In this document: positions 39,241-49,687 of the stretch, piece after piece
How positions within the stretch are numbered: position 1 is the first letter of the stretch
Layout: each line of letters opens with the position of its first letter
Notes under the pieces: generated by a model
What the model saw: the letters and a program-made list of their open reading frames with translations, nothing else
Database searches by the model: none
What the model was told of the DNA's origin: nothing
Source: Promethearchaeota archaeon
Lineage (GTDB): Archaea > Asgardarchaeota > Lokiarchaeia > Sigyniarchaeales > SOKP01
Direction: 5' to 3'
Assembly: GCA_048941285.1 (NCBI GenBank)
Contig: JBHLNS010000021.1
Location: forward strand, 1 to 50,291
Length of the DNA: 50,291 nt
Position numbers and translations under genes: made by a program

Positions 39241-40266
39241 TTGGGAAAAATGTTAAATGTAGGAGTAATTGGAGCAGGGAGAATCGGTAAAATACATATT
39301 GAAAATCTATTAAGGAAATTTCCTGATATCAATTTAAAATTGGTAGCTGATATTAAAATCAATGCTGAATTAAAGCAATGGGCAGTAGAAATTGGAGTAC
39401 CTGAATTAATTTCAGACCCAATTGAAATTTTTAATGATCCTGAAATAGACGTTGTGGTAATTTGTTCACCTACAGATACTCACGCGAAATTTATTCAAGA
39501 AGCGGCATATAAAAAAAAGCATATTTTTTGTGAGAAGCCTATTGACGCAAATATTGAGCGAATTAGAGAAACACTTTCAGTTGTGAAAGAAATGGGTATA
39601 GCACTTATGATTGGGTTTAATAGACGTTTCGATCGCAATTTTTTAAGGTGTAATAAATCAGTGTCTTCTGGTCAAATCGGTGAACCTCAAATTGTAAAAA
39701 TTACTTCACGAGACCCCGCTCCCCCTCCATTAACTTATTTAAAGGGATCAGGAGGTATTTTTCTTGATATGACTATACATGATTGGGACATGGCAAGATT
39801 TCAAATAGGGAGTGAAGTAGAAGAAGTCTATGCAACTGGAGCAGTACTTATTGATCCTGAAATTGGGAAGGTCGGAGATATAGATACTGCTGTAGCGGTT
39901 TTAAAATTCAAAAATGGAGCTCTTGGTATAATTGATAATACTCGTCAAGCAGTTTATGGGTATGATCAACGTGTAGAAGTATTTGGTTCAAGGGGTTGTA
40001 TTGTGGCTGATAATGAGGCGACTAACACTGTTCGCATTTATACTGCTGAATGTACTAATATTGATAAGATTCCATATTTTTTCATGGAGCGATATATGGA
40101 TTCATATTTAAATGAATTGAAATATTTTTTTGAATGTTTAAGTAAAAATATAGATCCTAAGCCAAATGGTGAAGATGGACTGCAAAATGTTTTAATAGCT
40201 TTAGCTGCTCAGAAATCATATGAAGAGAATCGCCCTATAAAGATTTCTGAAGTAGAAAAATATTAA
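39241..40266 (+). CDS. iolG: Inositol 2-dehydrogenase (Gfo/Idh/MocA family)
   Basis: GAGRIG, CEKP, GFNRRFD, ITSRDP, SGGIFLDMTIHD, YGYDQRVEVFGS. Confidence 0.9.
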   Translation: MGKMLNVGVIGAGRIGKIHIENLLRKFPDINLKLVADIKINAELKQWAVEIGVPELISDPIEIFNDPEIDVVVICSPTDTHAKFIQEAAYKKKHIFCEKPIDANIERIRETLSVVKEMGIALMIGFNRRFDRNFLRCNKSVSSGQIGEPQIVKITSRDPAPPPLTYLKGSGGIFLDMTIHDWDMARFQIGSEVEEVYATGAVLIDPEIGKVGDIDTAVAVLKFKNGALGIIDNTRQAVYGYDQRVEVFGSRGCIVADNEATNTVRIYTAECTNIDKIPYFFMERYMDSYLNELKYFFECLSKNIDPKPNGEDGLQNVLIALAAQKSYEENRPIKISEVEKY

Positions 40267-40323
40267 TATTTTCAATATTTAAAATTATAAATAATTAATT
40301 AATAAATAACAGGTCGACTACTT

Positions 40324-40866
40324 ATACCGTACGATTTATCTGCCTTTAAAGTACTCATAAGAAGACTTTTCCCCCCAAAGGAAAGCGTTTATACTATCGA
40401 TACAACTGGTGATGGAGAGATAGATTCTCTCCAAATAAAAGTTCTAAATTTAATAATACCTTTTACTATTCCTGAAGAGATTGAAATAGGAGATTTTAAT
40501 TTAAAAGAATTTGATTCAAATAGCTTTGATGTATCACATTATGGTAAGTTTCTATTAGATGATTTACCATTAGATTTTAGTAAGGAAAGTTTCAATTTAG
40601 ATAATGTTTCGAATCGTTTATTAATTTATCACAAAAATGAGTCCTTTAATATAAATGATATTTTGGAAGGTAAACTTAGTGGAAGAACAATTAACTTAGG
40701 TGATAGCATTAGTCTTTTAATTAAAATAGATGAAAATACTGCTAAGAAATTCACTAAAGGCGAACATACATTTAAAATAGAGAGTGATCTTATAACGAAT
40801 TTCGAGATAACTTTTGAATTAGATGAAACTAATATGAATAAGAAATTTGATCCCGCTAATGCCTAA
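40324..40866 (+). CDS. Hypothetical protein, about 180 aa, probable ATA start, with a DxxGDG motif
   Basis: Frame is open from 40306, with no ATG/GTG/TTG before 40663. (M)PYDLSAFKVLIRRLFPPKESVYTIDTTGDGEIDSLQIK... Confidence 0.65.
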   Translation: MPYDLSAFKVLIRRLFPPKESVYTIDTTGDGEIDSLQIKVLNLIIPFTIPEEIEIGDFNLKEFDSNSFDVSHYGKFLLDDLPLDFSKESFNLDNVSNRLLIYHKNESFNINDILEGKLSGRTINLGDSISLLIKIDENTAKKFTKGEHTFKIESDLITNFEITFELDETNMNKKFDPANA

Positions 40867-40986
40867 TCAATATTATGAATAAATTACTTAATGTTTTATC
40901 TCTCTTTTATTAAATTATATCATTATTTCTAACAAATAAATGGGGTTTTTATTTTTTATTCTAGATAATCTCAAGAAGGTGTTATA

Positions 40987-41496
40987 ATGGCAGTTACAGA
41001 AGTTAAAAGAAATATAAATCTAAATACATCTAAAGTTGAATTTATTTGTCCCGTGTGCAAATCAAAAAAATTATTAGATGTTCCTATTTCTGTTGTAGCT
41101 GGAGCAAAACAATTGACTACCATGTCAATTGCCAAAGGATTAGTGTGTAATCATCAATTCCAAGCATTTGTAGATAAGCAATTTCAAGTACGTGGATATC
41201 AAAGGGTGGATTTTGAAATTGAGAATAAGTTATATCGAGAAAAAAATTCTATTTCTAAAAAACCCAAACACAATATTGATGAAATATTTGAAAACTTAAT
41301 CTTAGATGGCAATTATCTTGAATATAAACCAAAAATAACTAAAAATTTTAGAAAGAAGAGCTTGAAAAGTAGGAATTTTGAATCCCAGAAAAGAAGAATG
41401 ACCCTTAAAGAAATTTACGATGAATTTTGGGAATTTATTGATGAAGATAATGAAAACTTTAAAGATTTAATAGATAACGACATAAGAAGGAATTAA
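40987..41496 (+). CDS. Hypothetical protein with putative Zn-binding CxxC...CxH domain
   Basis: FICPVCK..VCNHQFQAFVDKQFQVRGYQRVDF. Confidence 0.75.
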   Translation: MAVTEVKRNINLNTSKVEFICPVCKSKKLLDVPISVVAGAKQLTTMSIAKGLVCNHQFQAFVDKQFQVRGYQRVDFEIENKLYREKNSISKKPKHNIDEIFENLILDGNYLEYKPKITKNFRKKSLKSRNFESQKRRMTLKEIYDEFWEFIDEDNENFKDLIDNDIRRN

Positions 41497-41540
41497 AATC
41501 CCTTAATTTATTAGATTTAATGCAAATAAAGTATATAAAA

Positions 41541-42734
41541 TCAGATTAGCTCTTCATTTAAGGCATTTGTTATTCTTTTCATGCATTCCTTCAATATTGA
41601 TCTTGGACATCCTACATTAATTCTTTCAAACCCTTCTCCCCCAGGACCAAATATTTTACCATCATCTAGTGCGACTTTTGCTTTGTTTATCATAAGATTA
41701 CTAAGATTTTCGGCATCCAACCCTAAGTTATTGAAATCTAACCAAGCAAGGTATGTTCCTTCCGGATCAATGAAATCCACATTAGGGAGATTTTCATGAA
41801 CATATTCTTTTAAAAATTGAAAATTATCTTTTATATATTTCATTACTTGATTTAACCAGTCTTCTCCTTCATTATAGGCTGCTACTAGAGCAACTATACC
41901 AAATACATTAGGACTCATTACACTGTTTCTCTTGGATATTGTGTTTAAGAATGATTCTCTCTGTTTGTCGTCTGGTATTATTATATTAGAAGTTTTTAAG
42001 CCAGCAGTATTGAAGGTTTTACTTGGTGCTGTGCACATGATAGTGTTTTTCTCAAAATCTTTTGATATTGTAGAAAAAAGAGTATGCTTATGACCCGAAA
42101 GGATTAAATCGTGATGAATTTCATCTGATATTATTAAAATATCATTTTCTAAACATATATCTCCAAGTTTCCGGAGTTCTTTCTCAGTCCATACTCGACC
42201 TACAGGATTATGAGGACTACAAAGGATCAAAAGCTTAGTCAGTGGATCCTTAGCTTTTGCTTCAAAATCATCAAAATCAAAAGTATACCTCTTGTTCTCA
42301 TAATTTAATTGATTTGTTAATAAAATACGTCCATTATTTTTTACAGCGCTGAAAAATGGATAATATACGGGGGATTGGACGATAATTTTCTCTCCTACAT
42401 TAGTAAAAGTCTGAATTAGCATATATATGGCCGGAACAATTCCAGGACTTAGAATAATCCACTCATTATCGATTTCCCAACTATGTTTTCGTTTCATCCA
42501 ATTTGAAACAGCATCTAAATATGTTGGGATTTTATACCAGCAATATCCGAAAATCTCTTGGTCCACTCTCTTTTTTAATGCATCAATTACAGGTTGAGGG
42601 CATTGAAAATCCATATCCGCTACCCAAAGTGGTAAGATGTCATCAGTTCCATATTTTTCTTTCAGAAAATGTGTATTCCACTTAACTGAATTAGTTTGAG
42701 AACGATCAATAATTCTATTAAAATCATAGTTCAT
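41541..42734 (-). CDS. patB: MalY/PatB family PLP-dependent cystathionine beta-lyase/aminotransferase
   Basis: SVKW, LPLWVADMDF, CSPHNPVGRVW, SDEIHHD, APSKTFN, EGTYLAWLD. Confidence 0.93.
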   Translation of the reverse strand: MNYDFNRIIDRSQTNSVKWNTHFLKEKYGTDDILPLWVADMDFQCPQPVIDALKKRVDQEIFGYCWYKIPTYLDAVSNWMKRKHSWEIDNEWIILSPGIVPAIYMLIQTFTNVGEKIIVQSPVYYPFFSAVKNNGRILLTNQLNYENKRYTFDFDDFEAKAKDPLTKLLILCSPHNPVGRVWTEKELRKLGDICLENDILIISDEIHHDLILSGHKHTLFSTISKDFEKNTIMCTAPSKTFNTAGLKTSNIIIPDDKQRESFLNTISKRNSVMSPNVFGIVALVAAYNEGEDWLNQVMKYIKDNFQFLKEYVHENLPNVDFIDPEGTYLAWLDFNNLGLDAENLSNLMINKAKVALDDGKIFGPGGEGFERINVGCPRSILKECMKRITNALNEELI

Positions 42735-42909
42735 TTTGAATCAAAACTTCTAAATTAAGAATCTGTTATAAATTTTTATCAGAATGATCTTAAAATTATA
42801 AGATTAAAATGAAAAATAAAAAAAGATCGAATCTTTAAAAGAATAATTATATAGTATAATTTTATAATTAGAAATTCATAAGATCCAAAAGAATTTAATA
42901 AGATATATC

Positions 42910-43044
42910 TGCCAAGGGAGAGAGATTCAATAAAGCTCGAAAAGGGCCTTTTTTTTGAACTCTCGATACCTAGATCTTCAGTCTAGTGCGTTCCTACCCG
43001 TCATTGGAAATTCTCCAATGTACACCGGGCTACGCCACCTTGGC
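42910..43044 (-). tRNA. tRNA-Phe(GAA) with two non-canonical introns: D-loop (about 42995-43023) and T-loop (about 42924-42953)
   Basis: GCCAAGG/CCTTGGC acceptor and uninterrupted CTAGA-CTGAAGA-TCTAG arm. Removing both inserts gives a 76-nt cloverleaf. Both inserts form BHB-like junctions. Confidence 0.88.
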
Positions 43045-43213
43045 GAAATAGAGAATTTTTACTTTATAAAACATTTAAGTTTTTAAAATATCAAAATTCG
43101 TAATTTAAAAAGGAAAAAATATCATATAAAGTTTTTTCATGTATGGTTTTACTCAATAAAATCAATATAATATTTTTATACTCTTTATCTTTGATTTTTC
43201 CTAGCTTATATCT

Positions 43214-44689
43214 TTAAGAATTGAATTTAGGGGATTTTTTTAAAATGATACTTATAATAAGTAAAATAGCTGATAGAATGCTAAGTATAGCGAATAATAT
43301 ATAGATTGAGATGTCTGGAGTACCAACGCTGATTTTACAAGCCCCATTATCTCTGAATGTATTTCCTATACAATATTCTTCTATTATACATACCTCATTT
43401 CCGATTAAAGTATTTCCCGATACTGTATTAAAGTCGCTTCTTACTAATTTAATTCCTGCAATGGAGTTGTAATTTGTAATGCTTTCAGAAATATTATTAT
43501 AGGAGCTTAGATATATAAAAATCCCAGAATTTCTATTATAACTTGCTGTATTCTCCAAAATATAATTATAGTCGCTGTAATGAGATATAAATATTCCAAA
43601 AATAGTGTTATTGTTAGTTGTGTTATTTGAGATGATGGTATAATCGCAATCGTATATATTTATGCCATAATTCATGTTGTTGTTAATATAATTTTCTGAA
43701 ATTATCGAAAAATCACTTAAATCTGCAGAGATTCCAGCAATTTCATTATCATTTGCGATGTTATTTAATATACTATTACTATCACAAAAATAAGATAGTG
43801 AAATCCCATATTGATTATTATTATTTGCCGTATTATTTAAAATAATGTTAGAGTCACTATAATATACATTTATACCATTCATTGTGCTTCTGCTAACGTT
43901 ATTTCCAGAAACCGTGTTATCATCATTGTAAAAAAATAAATTTATCCCATAATCGGTGTTATTAAAAACTTTGTTTCTTGAAAATGTATTATAGTAATTA
44001 TGATTGTAGCAATAAATGCCATTTATACCATTATCAATTATACTATTTTCTGAAATGGTGTTATAATAGTTATAATCTTCTAAAATTATCCCATTTTCAT
44101 TATTATTTCTTATATTGTTTTCTAATAGATTGTTATTATAGTTATAATGATGTAAATATATTCCTCCTCGGTTATAATTTAAGATATTTTTAATAATTGT
44201 GTTATTATAGCAGAAAGATAAATATATTCCATGATAATTGTTTAGACATGTGTTATTAAGGATTTGAGAATTTGTTACATTAAATATTCGGATTCCCGCA
44301 TCCGGCCAAGTTCTTCCTGAATTATAGAGGGTGCAATTCTTAATAATAAAAAACACATTCGTATTTTCAATCAAGATACAATTTCCTGATTTTTTAGCAT
44401 CAATTACCAGATCTTCAATTATATATGGGTCAGAGTAGATACCTGAACCTGTACAATTTCCTTCATTTTTAAAATCTAACCAGCCAGAATTACCGACTAT
44501 ATGGATTTTATCTGAGATTTTAGAGATTTTCAAATAATTAGTACCCATCTTAAAATAATTATTATTTTCTAAATCTTTATTATAATTTCCAGGATTCAAA
44601 TTGAGATTTATTATAAATATAGTTGAGGAGTCGAGGAAGATCACAAAAGTCATCAAAATTGCTAGTTTTATTTTGACCTTCGAGTTCAT
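43214..44689 (-). CDS. NosD/CASH parallel beta-helix surface protein
   Basis: N-terminal signal/TM, GSGIYSDPYIIEDL, repeated GIxL..N.I..N..NN units, C-terminal TM with basic tail. Confidence 0.88.
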   Translation of the reverse strand: MNSKVKIKLAILMTFVIFLDSSTIFIINLNLNPGNYNKDLENNNYFKMGTNYLKISKISDKIHIVGNSGWLDFKNEGNCTGSGIYSDPYIIEDLVIDAKKSGNCILIENTNVFFIIKNCTLYNSGRTWPDAGIRIFNVTNSQILNNTCLNNYHGIYLSFCYNNTIIKNILNYNRGGIYLHHYNYNNNLLENNIRNNNENGIILEDYNYYNTISENSIIDNGINGIYCYNHNYYNTFSRNKVFNNTDYGINLFFYNDDNTVSGNNVSRSTMNGINVYYSDSNIILNNTANNNNQYGISLSYFCDSNSILNNIANDNEIAGISADLSDFSIISENYINNNMNYGINIYDCDYTIISNNTTNNNTIFGIFISHYSDYNYILENTASYNRNSGIFIYLSSYNNISESITNYNSIAGIKLVRSDFNTVSGNTLIGNEVCIIEEYCIGNTFRDNGACKISVGTPDISIYILFAILSILSAILLIISIILKKSPKFNS

Positions 44690-44839
44690 TATAGTTATGC
44701 CAGAAACTTAAGAAATTATAAGGATTTAATCGCAATTGAATATTTAAATATTTCCCTAAATGTATCAAACAGTTAAAATAATAAGATGATTAATAAAATA
44801 TTGGTATTTAGATATTTTAATAAATTTTTCACTGAACTT

Positions 44840-46678
44840 TTAAGAATTCAAATTTGAAGATTTCTTTATCCTTTTAATGAAAAATATTGAAACAATAGAT
44901 ATTATACTAAGCAGAAACAAAGAAGCATATCCTGGAATAACTAAATTGACAGGGTAGGAATCACGACAAATATTATTTTCAAAGTAATTACCTATACAAT
45001 CTATTTCTGAAATACAAATATTATTTCCTATTAAAGTATTTCCCACAATAAGATTTTGATCGCTTTCTATTAATTTTATGCCAGCTAGACTGTTTTCGTT
45101 TATTATATTTCCTAAAAGTTCATTATACATACAATCTGATAATTCAATGCCATTCTCACTGTTAAAATTTACAGTATTTCTTGAGAGTACATTGTCATGA
45201 TTAGATATTATTTCAATCCCATTCTTACTGTTAAAGTTTGCGGTGTTTCTTAAAAGCATATTGTTATAACTAAAGTCTATTTTAATCCCATTCTCCCCAT
45301 TTAGATTTACTGTATTATCAACAAGTGTGAGGTCATCAGAACCCCATATGTCTATCCCATGTTGAGCGTTATTATTAAAGACGTTTCCGGATATATTATT
45401 TTCATTTCCCATTATATAAATACCGCTTAAATTGTTATATTTTGCTATATTTTCCGAAATAAAGCTATAACGCCCCGCATTTAAAAATATACCTGTTCCA
45501 CTGTTATTATTTAAAGTATTTTGCCAGATCGTACTATAATAAGATATGGATAAGAAAATTCCGGCTATTTCATTAAGATTAACAATATTTCTTGATATAT
45601 TGTTATAATTGCTATTATCAAAATATAACCCCATCCCATTGCTATATATCTTGTTTCCTGAGATGGTGTTATATGTATTATGATGGGTGAAGTGTATTCC
45701 ACTGTAATTGTTTTTATTTATTTCATTTCCCATGATGAGGTTATTGTTACTTTCTTCAAAAGCGATTCCAACATTGTTTCTAATTACATTATTTCTAGAA
45801 ATATTGTTATCGTGACTATATAATAGATCAATCCCACTAATTTTATTATCAATTAAGTTATTCTGTGTAACTGTAACATTATGACAATATTGTAATGAGA
45901 TTCCAATAGAAGTATTAAAAATTTCTAAATTTGAAATTATTGAATTATCACAGTTAATTAATAGAACTTGCCCTGCATCCATAAAGTCATTCGATTTTAA
46001 GTTAAATTCCTTATTGTAATAATATAGTGGTCTATGATTAACTAGATTTGTGACATCGATATTATGAACCCCTACCTCAGGAGATGAACTCGAAAGAATT
46101 AACCCGCAATTCTTCATAATATTTCCAGAAATCTTGGTATTATTGCTATCTGATAAATATATCCCACAATAATTTCTATTTAAATGATTGCCTGAAATTG
46201 TGATATTATTACTATAACTTAAAGCAATTCCGAAAAAATTAGATGAACAATTGTTATTAATTAAATGAGAATTATTAACATTTGATATTTGAATTCCAGC
46301 ATCAGACCAGCCTTTTGAATTAAGGACTGTGCAATCTTCAATTTTAAAGAAGACATTAGAATTTTCAATTACTATACAGCTCTCTGTCCCATTACCATTT
46401 ATTATTAAATCTTCTATAACGTAAGGGTCAGAATAAGTACCTGAACCTGTACAATTTCCATCATTTCTGAAATCAACCCACCCAGAATTACCGATTATAT
46501 GAATTATTCCCGAAATTTTTGAATTCTTTAAATTCTTATTATCGATATTAAAATCACAAATATCGTTGAATCTTATATTAATATTCTCAGATTTAAAATA
46601 GATAATCCCCATAAATACAGTTGACAGGTTGAAGAAAATTATTAAAATTAATATAATTGCTTTAGTTTTGGATTTCAT
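44840..46678 (-). CDS. NosD/CASH parallel beta-helix surface protein with Loki-CTERM-like tail
   Basis: GSGTYSDPYVIEDL, beta-helix repeats, NLVNHRPLYYY insert, IPGY-TM-KRIKK C-terminus. Confidence 0.88.
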   Translation of the reverse strand: MKSKTKAIILILIIFFNLSTVFMGIIYFKSENINIRFNDICDFNIDNKNLKNSKISGIIHIIGNSGWVDFRNDGNCTGSGTYSDPYVIEDLIINGNGTESCIVIENSNVFFKIEDCTVLNSKGWSDAGIQISNVNNSHLINNNCSSNFFGIALSYSNNITISGNHLNRNYCGIYLSDSNNTKISGNIMKNCGLILSSSSPEVGVHNIDVTNLVNHRPLYYYNKEFNLKSNDFMDAGQVLLINCDNSIISNLEIFNTSIGISLQYCHNVTVTQNNLIDNKISGIDLLYSHDNNISRNNVIRNNVGIAFEESNNNLIMGNEINKNNYSGIHFTHHNTYNTISGNKIYSNGMGLYFDNSNYNNISRNIVNLNEIAGIFLSISYYSTIWQNTLNNNSGTGIFLNAGRYSFISENIAKYNNLSGIYIMGNENNISGNVFNNNAQHGIDIWGSDDLTLVDNTVNLNGENGIKIDFSYNNMLLRNTANFNSKNGIEIISNHDNVLSRNTVNFNSENGIELSDCMYNELLGNIINENSLAGIKLIESDQNLIVGNTLIGNNICISEIDCIGNYFENNICRDSYPVNLVIPGYASLFLLSIISIVSIFFIKRIKKSSNLNS

Positions 46679-46826
46679 TTTTAATCATTTGAAATTAAAA
46701 CCTATGTACTTTTTAATACAAATAGAATATATAAATGTCTTCGAAAGTACTTCTTATGATTAAAATGATAAGATTATTAATTGGAAATTGATTTTTACAT
46801 CTTTTTAGAATGTTTTATAAGTCTAT

Positions 46827-48851
46827 TTAAGAATTGAATCTTTTAGACTTTTTTACTAATATAGTAAGGATAAGAAAGAAAGCGGATAGAATGCTAAGTA
46901 TAGCAAAAAGAATATATATTGAAATATCTGATGTTATGACACCATAATTACATGAACCATTATTTTTGAAAATATTTCCCTCAGATTCATCTTCCACGAT
47001 ACACTGATTATTTCCTATTAGATTATTCCCAAAAATATTATTAAAATTACTGTAATATAAGAATATCCCTATATTGTTGTCATTTGCAGTATTTCTCGAA
47101 ATAATATTATAATCGCTATTAAACAAAAATATTCCAGATTCATTGTTATTATTTGCGACGTTTTCTGAAATAATATTATAATAACTCAACGTTATATAAA
47201 TCCCCGATTCAATATTACCTTTTAAAATGTTTTCCATAACAGTATTAGAATCACTAATTTCTAAAAAGAGTCCCCAAGAATTATTATTCGCGACATTTCT
47301 CAAAATTGTATTATAATTGCTATATAAACTTAAATATATTCCAAAAATATTGTCGTATACATGATTCTCTAAAACAAAATTAGAACTACTGCCGTCTAAA
47401 TATAGCCCATATATATTGTCATCAAATACAAGATTTCCCAAAATAGTGTTGCGAGTACTATTTAATAGATACAAACCATAATTATTTTGAATTAAATTAT
47501 TTTCCAAAATAGTGTTAGAATCACTATAAGTTAAAAGTATTCCATTTTTGTTGTCATCTAAATCGTTTTCTGAAACAGTATTATTATTACTATAATACAA
47601 ATCGATTGCATTCATTTTATTATAACTTAGATTATTTCTGGCGATATTAACATTATTACAATAGTTTAATGAAATTCCAATAGTAGTATTAGAAATAACT
47701 AAGTTTGATGCTACTGATTCATTGCAGTTTACTAATATCGCTTGTCCCGCATTTAAAAAATCATTTGACTCCAGATTTTTTTCCCCAATATAATAATACA
47801 ATGTTTTTCCATTTACAGTATTTGTACTATCTATATTATAGGAACTTAGTGCTTTTTTGGAGCCTGATACATCTAATCCACAACCATTCATTATATTATT
47901 TGAAATTGTTGCATTTTCACACTCATCTAAATAAAATCCAATTAAATTTTCGTTTACAGTATTCTCCGATAGATGGGTATTTAGACAAAGACGCAATCGA
48001 ATTCCATAATATGAGTTATCTACTTTATTTATTGAAATATTATTGTTATTACTCCTGACTAGATGTATACCATTATAACTTTTGGAAACATTATTCCCAG
48101 AAATAGTATTATTAAATCCTGAATATAAAATTAAACCAGTATAAAGGTTATTTTTTATAAAATTGTTCACAATTGTGTTATTATAATTAGTATCTAATTC
48201 TATTCCGTAATTATTTCTAACCAATAGATTTTCTGAAATTATATTATATTGATTAGCATATGATGTAATCCCAAAGTAATCATTACGATTTGCAATATTT
48301 CCCGAAATTTTGTTAAAAGATCCACCACTTAAATAGATTCCTTCTCTATTATAGTTTACCCTGTTCTCTATAATAGTGTTATTACTAGAAGCAGTTAAGT
48401 ATATACCGTAAAAATTGTTTAAACATGTATTATTAAAGATTTGGGAATTCTTTACATATGATAATCTTATTCCTGAATCATCCCAATAATTTCCTGAATT
48501 ATACATTGTGCAGTTTTCAATTTTAAAGTAAACTTCTGAATACTCAATGCGAATACAACTTCCAGAATTCCCACCATCGATTGCCAAATCTTCAATAATA
48601 TATGGATTTGAATAAGTACCATTCCCTGTGCATATTCCAGCCTCCTTAGTTTCAGTCCAATTATTATCAATATGAATTTTTCCTGATATTTTTGAGATTT
48701 TTACATTACGGAAAATAAAATTTTCATAAAGATCCGATCTAATATTTGTATCTTCTTTAGAATAATTGAGATCAATACTAACTACAGCTAAGAATGAGAA
48801 TAAAATTAGCAAAAGTATAATTTTTTTCTTAAATTTAAATGGTGAGCTCAT
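46827..48851 (-). CDS. NosD/CASH parallel beta-helix surface protein
   Basis: GNGTYSNPYIIEDL, beta-helix repeats, NTVNGKTLYYY insert, C-terminal TM with basic tail. Confidence 0.88.
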   Translation of the reverse strand: MSSPFKFKKKIILLLILFSFLAVVSIDLNYSKEDTNIRSDLYENFIFRNVKISKISGKIHIDNNWTETKEAGICTGNGTYSNPYIIEDLAIDGGNSGSCIRIEYSEVYFKIENCTMYNSGNYWDDSGIRLSYVKNSQIFNNTCLNNFYGIYLTASSNNTIIENRVNYNREGIYLSGGSFNKISGNIANRNDYFGITSYANQYNIISENLLVRNNYGIELDTNYNNTIVNNFIKNNLYTGLILYSGFNNTISGNNVSKSYNGIHLVRSNNNNISINKVDNSYYGIRLRLCLNTHLSENTVNENLIGFYLDECENATISNNIMNGCGLDVSGSKKALSSYNIDSTNTVNGKTLYYYIGEKNLESNDFLNAGQAILVNCNESVASNLVISNTTIGISLNYCNNVNIARNNLSYNKMNAIDLYYSNNNTVSENDLDDNKNGILLTYSDSNTILENNLIQNNYGLYLLNSTRNTILGNLVFDDNIYGLYLDGSSSNFVLENHVYDNIFGIYLSLYSNYNTILRNVANNNSWGLFLEISDSNTVMENILKGNIESGIYITLSYYNIISENVANNNNESGIFLFNSDYNIISRNTANDNNIGIFLYYSNFNNIFGNNLIGNNQCIVEDESEGNIFKNNGSCNYGVITSDISIYILFAILSILSAFFLILTILVKKSKRFNS

Positions 48852-48943
48852 TAATTTTCAGCAGAAATATTAGGGGTTAGTGTGTATTAAACGATGTCTA
48901 ATTTATAATTTTTTCGCGATAATCCTATAAGTGTCAGAATACT

Positions 48944-49687
48944 TCATTCAGAAAGTAATATTTGTGCTCTCATTTCCTTTGGTAACTTTTCACTCGCATA
49001 TCTTAGGATTAAGCGAGAGAGGTTTCCTTTATTATTCATTAAATATATAAAAACTGAATCTGGATTATATTTTGAACAAGTTTTTAGGAGCCATCCAATT
49101 GCTTTCTGAATATAATCCTCAGGATGTTTATGCATTTTCTCTACAAATTTATAGACTAAATTATCATCAAATTTTTTTTGAATCATGATGATCTTAAGTA
49201 AAATTACTAGTGAGGCTCGCCTAACCCAAACACTTTTTGAATTAGACCATTTTTCAATAGTTCTGTAAGCCAAGACTTGATTATTCTTTTTTCCTAGAAA
49301 TGGTCCTATCACCCTAATACAGCTAGTATCACAAAAAGCCCAAGTATCACAATATTTAGATAATACCTTTTCAAAATTATCTATTGTCTCCTCATCAAAA
49401 CTTCCTTTAAAATGGTTAAGAATAAAGAAACCAGCAAATTTCTCTTCTTGAACATTGGACATAACAAGATTATTGAAAACTTCTAAAGAATCCTCATAAT
49501 TACATTCTACCTTTTTATATATTGCATTTGTAATTCTTTCTATGTCAGAAACTTTATGCCCATACTCTGTAAATTGAGGATTATCAGAATTTAATATTCT
49601 TTTTCTCCAGGTAATTTGCTCTCTGGTTAATTTAGGAGCTGTCTTTTTCAATTCTTTTTTTATTTCCTGAGTTATTTTATTTATCAT
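48944..49687 (-). CDS. DNA alkylation repair protein (AlkD-like HEAT-repeat)
   Basis: DTWAFCD, WSNSKSVWVRRAS, YIQKAIGWLLK, LRYASEKL. Confidence 0.88.
   Translation of the reverse strand: MINKITQEIKKELKKTAPKLTREQITWRKRILNSDNPQFTEYGHKVSDIERITNAIYKKVECNYEDSLEVFNNLVMSNVQEEKFAGFFILNHFKGSFDEETIDNFEKVLSKYCDTWAFCDTSCIRVIGPFLGKKNNQVLAYRTIEKWSNSKSVWVRRASLVILLKIIMIQKKFDDNLVYKFVEKMHKHPEDYIQKAIGWLLKTCSKYNPDSVFIYLMNNKGNLSRLILRYASEKLPKEMRAQILLSE

Noticed and set aside
43214-48851. Diversity-generating retroelement targets or a CRISPR-like repeat array
   Set aside because: The repetitiveness comes from Asn-rich beta-helix coding. No reverse transcriptase, no adenine-specific template/variable repeat pair and no regularly spaced identical repeats were seen.
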